Below are positions 63,088-64,000 of a stretch of 64,000 nucleotides of DNA, piece by piece. A program made the position numbers and the translations under genes. Position 1 is the stretch's first letter. Each line of letters starts with the position of its first letter. The DNA is from Halarcobacter sp. (GTDB lineage: Bacteria > Campylobacterota > Campylobacteria > Campylobacterales > Arcobacteraceae): NCBI GenBank assembly GCA_963676565.1, contig OY781089.1, forward strand, positions 2,400,001 to 2,464,000. Reading direction: 5' to 3'. The notes beneath the pieces are model-generated. The model was not told the origin of the DNA. It searched no databases and saw nothing but the letters and a program-made list of their open reading frames with translations.

Positions 63088-64000
63088 ATGGAAGCTTTCT
63101 GGAAAAAAATTGGGGAAAAATTTTTATCAAAAATTGAAATTGGAAATTTAGAAGTAACATATCCAAATGGTGAAATAAAAAACTATGGTAAAACTTCTTA
63201 CCCAAAAGCAAAAATAAAACTTTATACAAATAAATTTTTCAAAAGAATTATGTTTTATGGGGATATAGGATTTGCTGAAAGTTACATGGATAAAGATTTT
63301 GATTGTGACAATTTAACTTCATTAATCAAAATTGCATTATTAAACTCTTCATCTTTAGAAACAGTAAGTAATCATGAAAAAAACTTTTCTTTATATAACC
63401 TATTCCCTTTTATAAACAAAGTCAAGCACTACTTAAGAAAAAACTCTAAAACAAAGGCTAGAAAAAACATCTCGAAACATTATGATTTATCAAATGATTT
63501 CTTTAAACTTTTCCTTGATGATACTATGATGTATTCAGCTGCAGTTTTTGAAAACCCAAAAGAACCATTATTTGATGCACAAAAAAGAAAAATAGATATC
63601 TTAGCAAAAAAACTTAATCTAAAAAAAGGTTCAAAAGTTTTAGAGATTGGTTCAGGATGGGGAGCTATGGCAAGTCATTTAGTTAAAGAGTATGATTGTA
63701 AAGTTACAACTTTAACTCTTTCTAAAGAGCAAAAAAAGCTATGTGAAGATAGATTTAAAGAGAATAATATTGAAGAGTCTATTGATGTTTTATTAAAAGA
63801 CTACAGAGATATGGAAGGTAAGTTTGATGCAATTATTGCTGTAGAGATGTTTGAAGCAGTAGGACGTGAATACTTTGATGTATTCTTTAAAAAATGTGAA
63901 GATTTATTAAAACCATCTGGAAATTTAGTTATGCAAATAATTACAATGCCAGACCAAAGATATGATTCATATTGTAAAGGGACAGACTTTATTCAAAAAT
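63088..64000 (+). CDS. Cyclopropane-fatty-acyl-phospholipid synthase family SAM methyltransferase, truncated by the window end
   Basis: Manual translation from ATG 63088: MEAFWKK...GDIGFAESYM...ARKNISKHYDLSNDFF.LFLDDTMMYS...VLEIGSGWG...LSKEQ...DYR...VEMFEAVG. Confidence 0.93.
   Translation, partial: MEAFWKKIGEKFLSKIEIGNLEVTYPNGEIKNYGKTSYPKAKIKLYTNKFFKRIMFYGDIGFAESYMDKDFDCDNLTSLIKIALLNSSSLETVSNHEKNFSLYNLFPFINKVKHYLRKNSKTKARKNISKHYDLSNDFFKLFLDDTMMYSAAVFENPKEPLFDAQKRKIDILAKKLNLKKGSKVLEIGSGWGAMASHLVKEYDCKVTTLTLSKEQKKLCEDRFKENNIEESIDVLLKDYRDMEGKFDAIIAVEMFEAVGREYFDVFFKKCEDLLKPSGNLVMQIITMPDQRYDSYCKGTDFIQK

Overview
Very AT-rich chromosomal window. The gene set and order (monomeric icd + mdh, cbpA-hspR, ppiD-ftsA-ftsZ, fliW/fliK/FlhB-like, mrdA-fliP, lolA/secA/lolE) point to a Campylobacterota bacterium, most likely a marine or halotolerant member of the Arcobacteraceae (inference). 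In order, the window holds: the start of an ectoine operon (ectA, 5' part of ectB); a few accessory genes; a complete C-P lyase phosphonate operon (phnF-C-D-E-G-H-I-J-K-L-M, hexapeptide acetyltransferase, phnN, MFS, phnP); a periplasmic binding protein + diguanylate cyclase pair; RNase P RNA; about 30 kb of core housekeeping genes; a signalling cluster (hemerythrin-PAS kinase, Cache-PAS kinase, REC-PAS regulator, multi-PAS kinase); and an SDR/SnoaL/MFS/lipocalin/FAD-oxidoreductase/DUF1365/Cfa-like cluster that matches the gene set of furan fatty acid synthesis. No integrase, transposase, tRNA, rRNA or CRISPR array was seen. The most notable items are the putative furan fatty acid cluster with two position-matched promoter motifs, a candidate C-rich-loop small RNA at about 52.8-52.95 kb, the phn promoter (PhnF-type palindrome abutting a Pho-box-like repeat), a twin-arginine signal on PhnD, an RHH + winged-helix regulator and an unannotated 37-aa membrane ORF. 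All calls come from reading the sequence and the ORF track; no searches were run.
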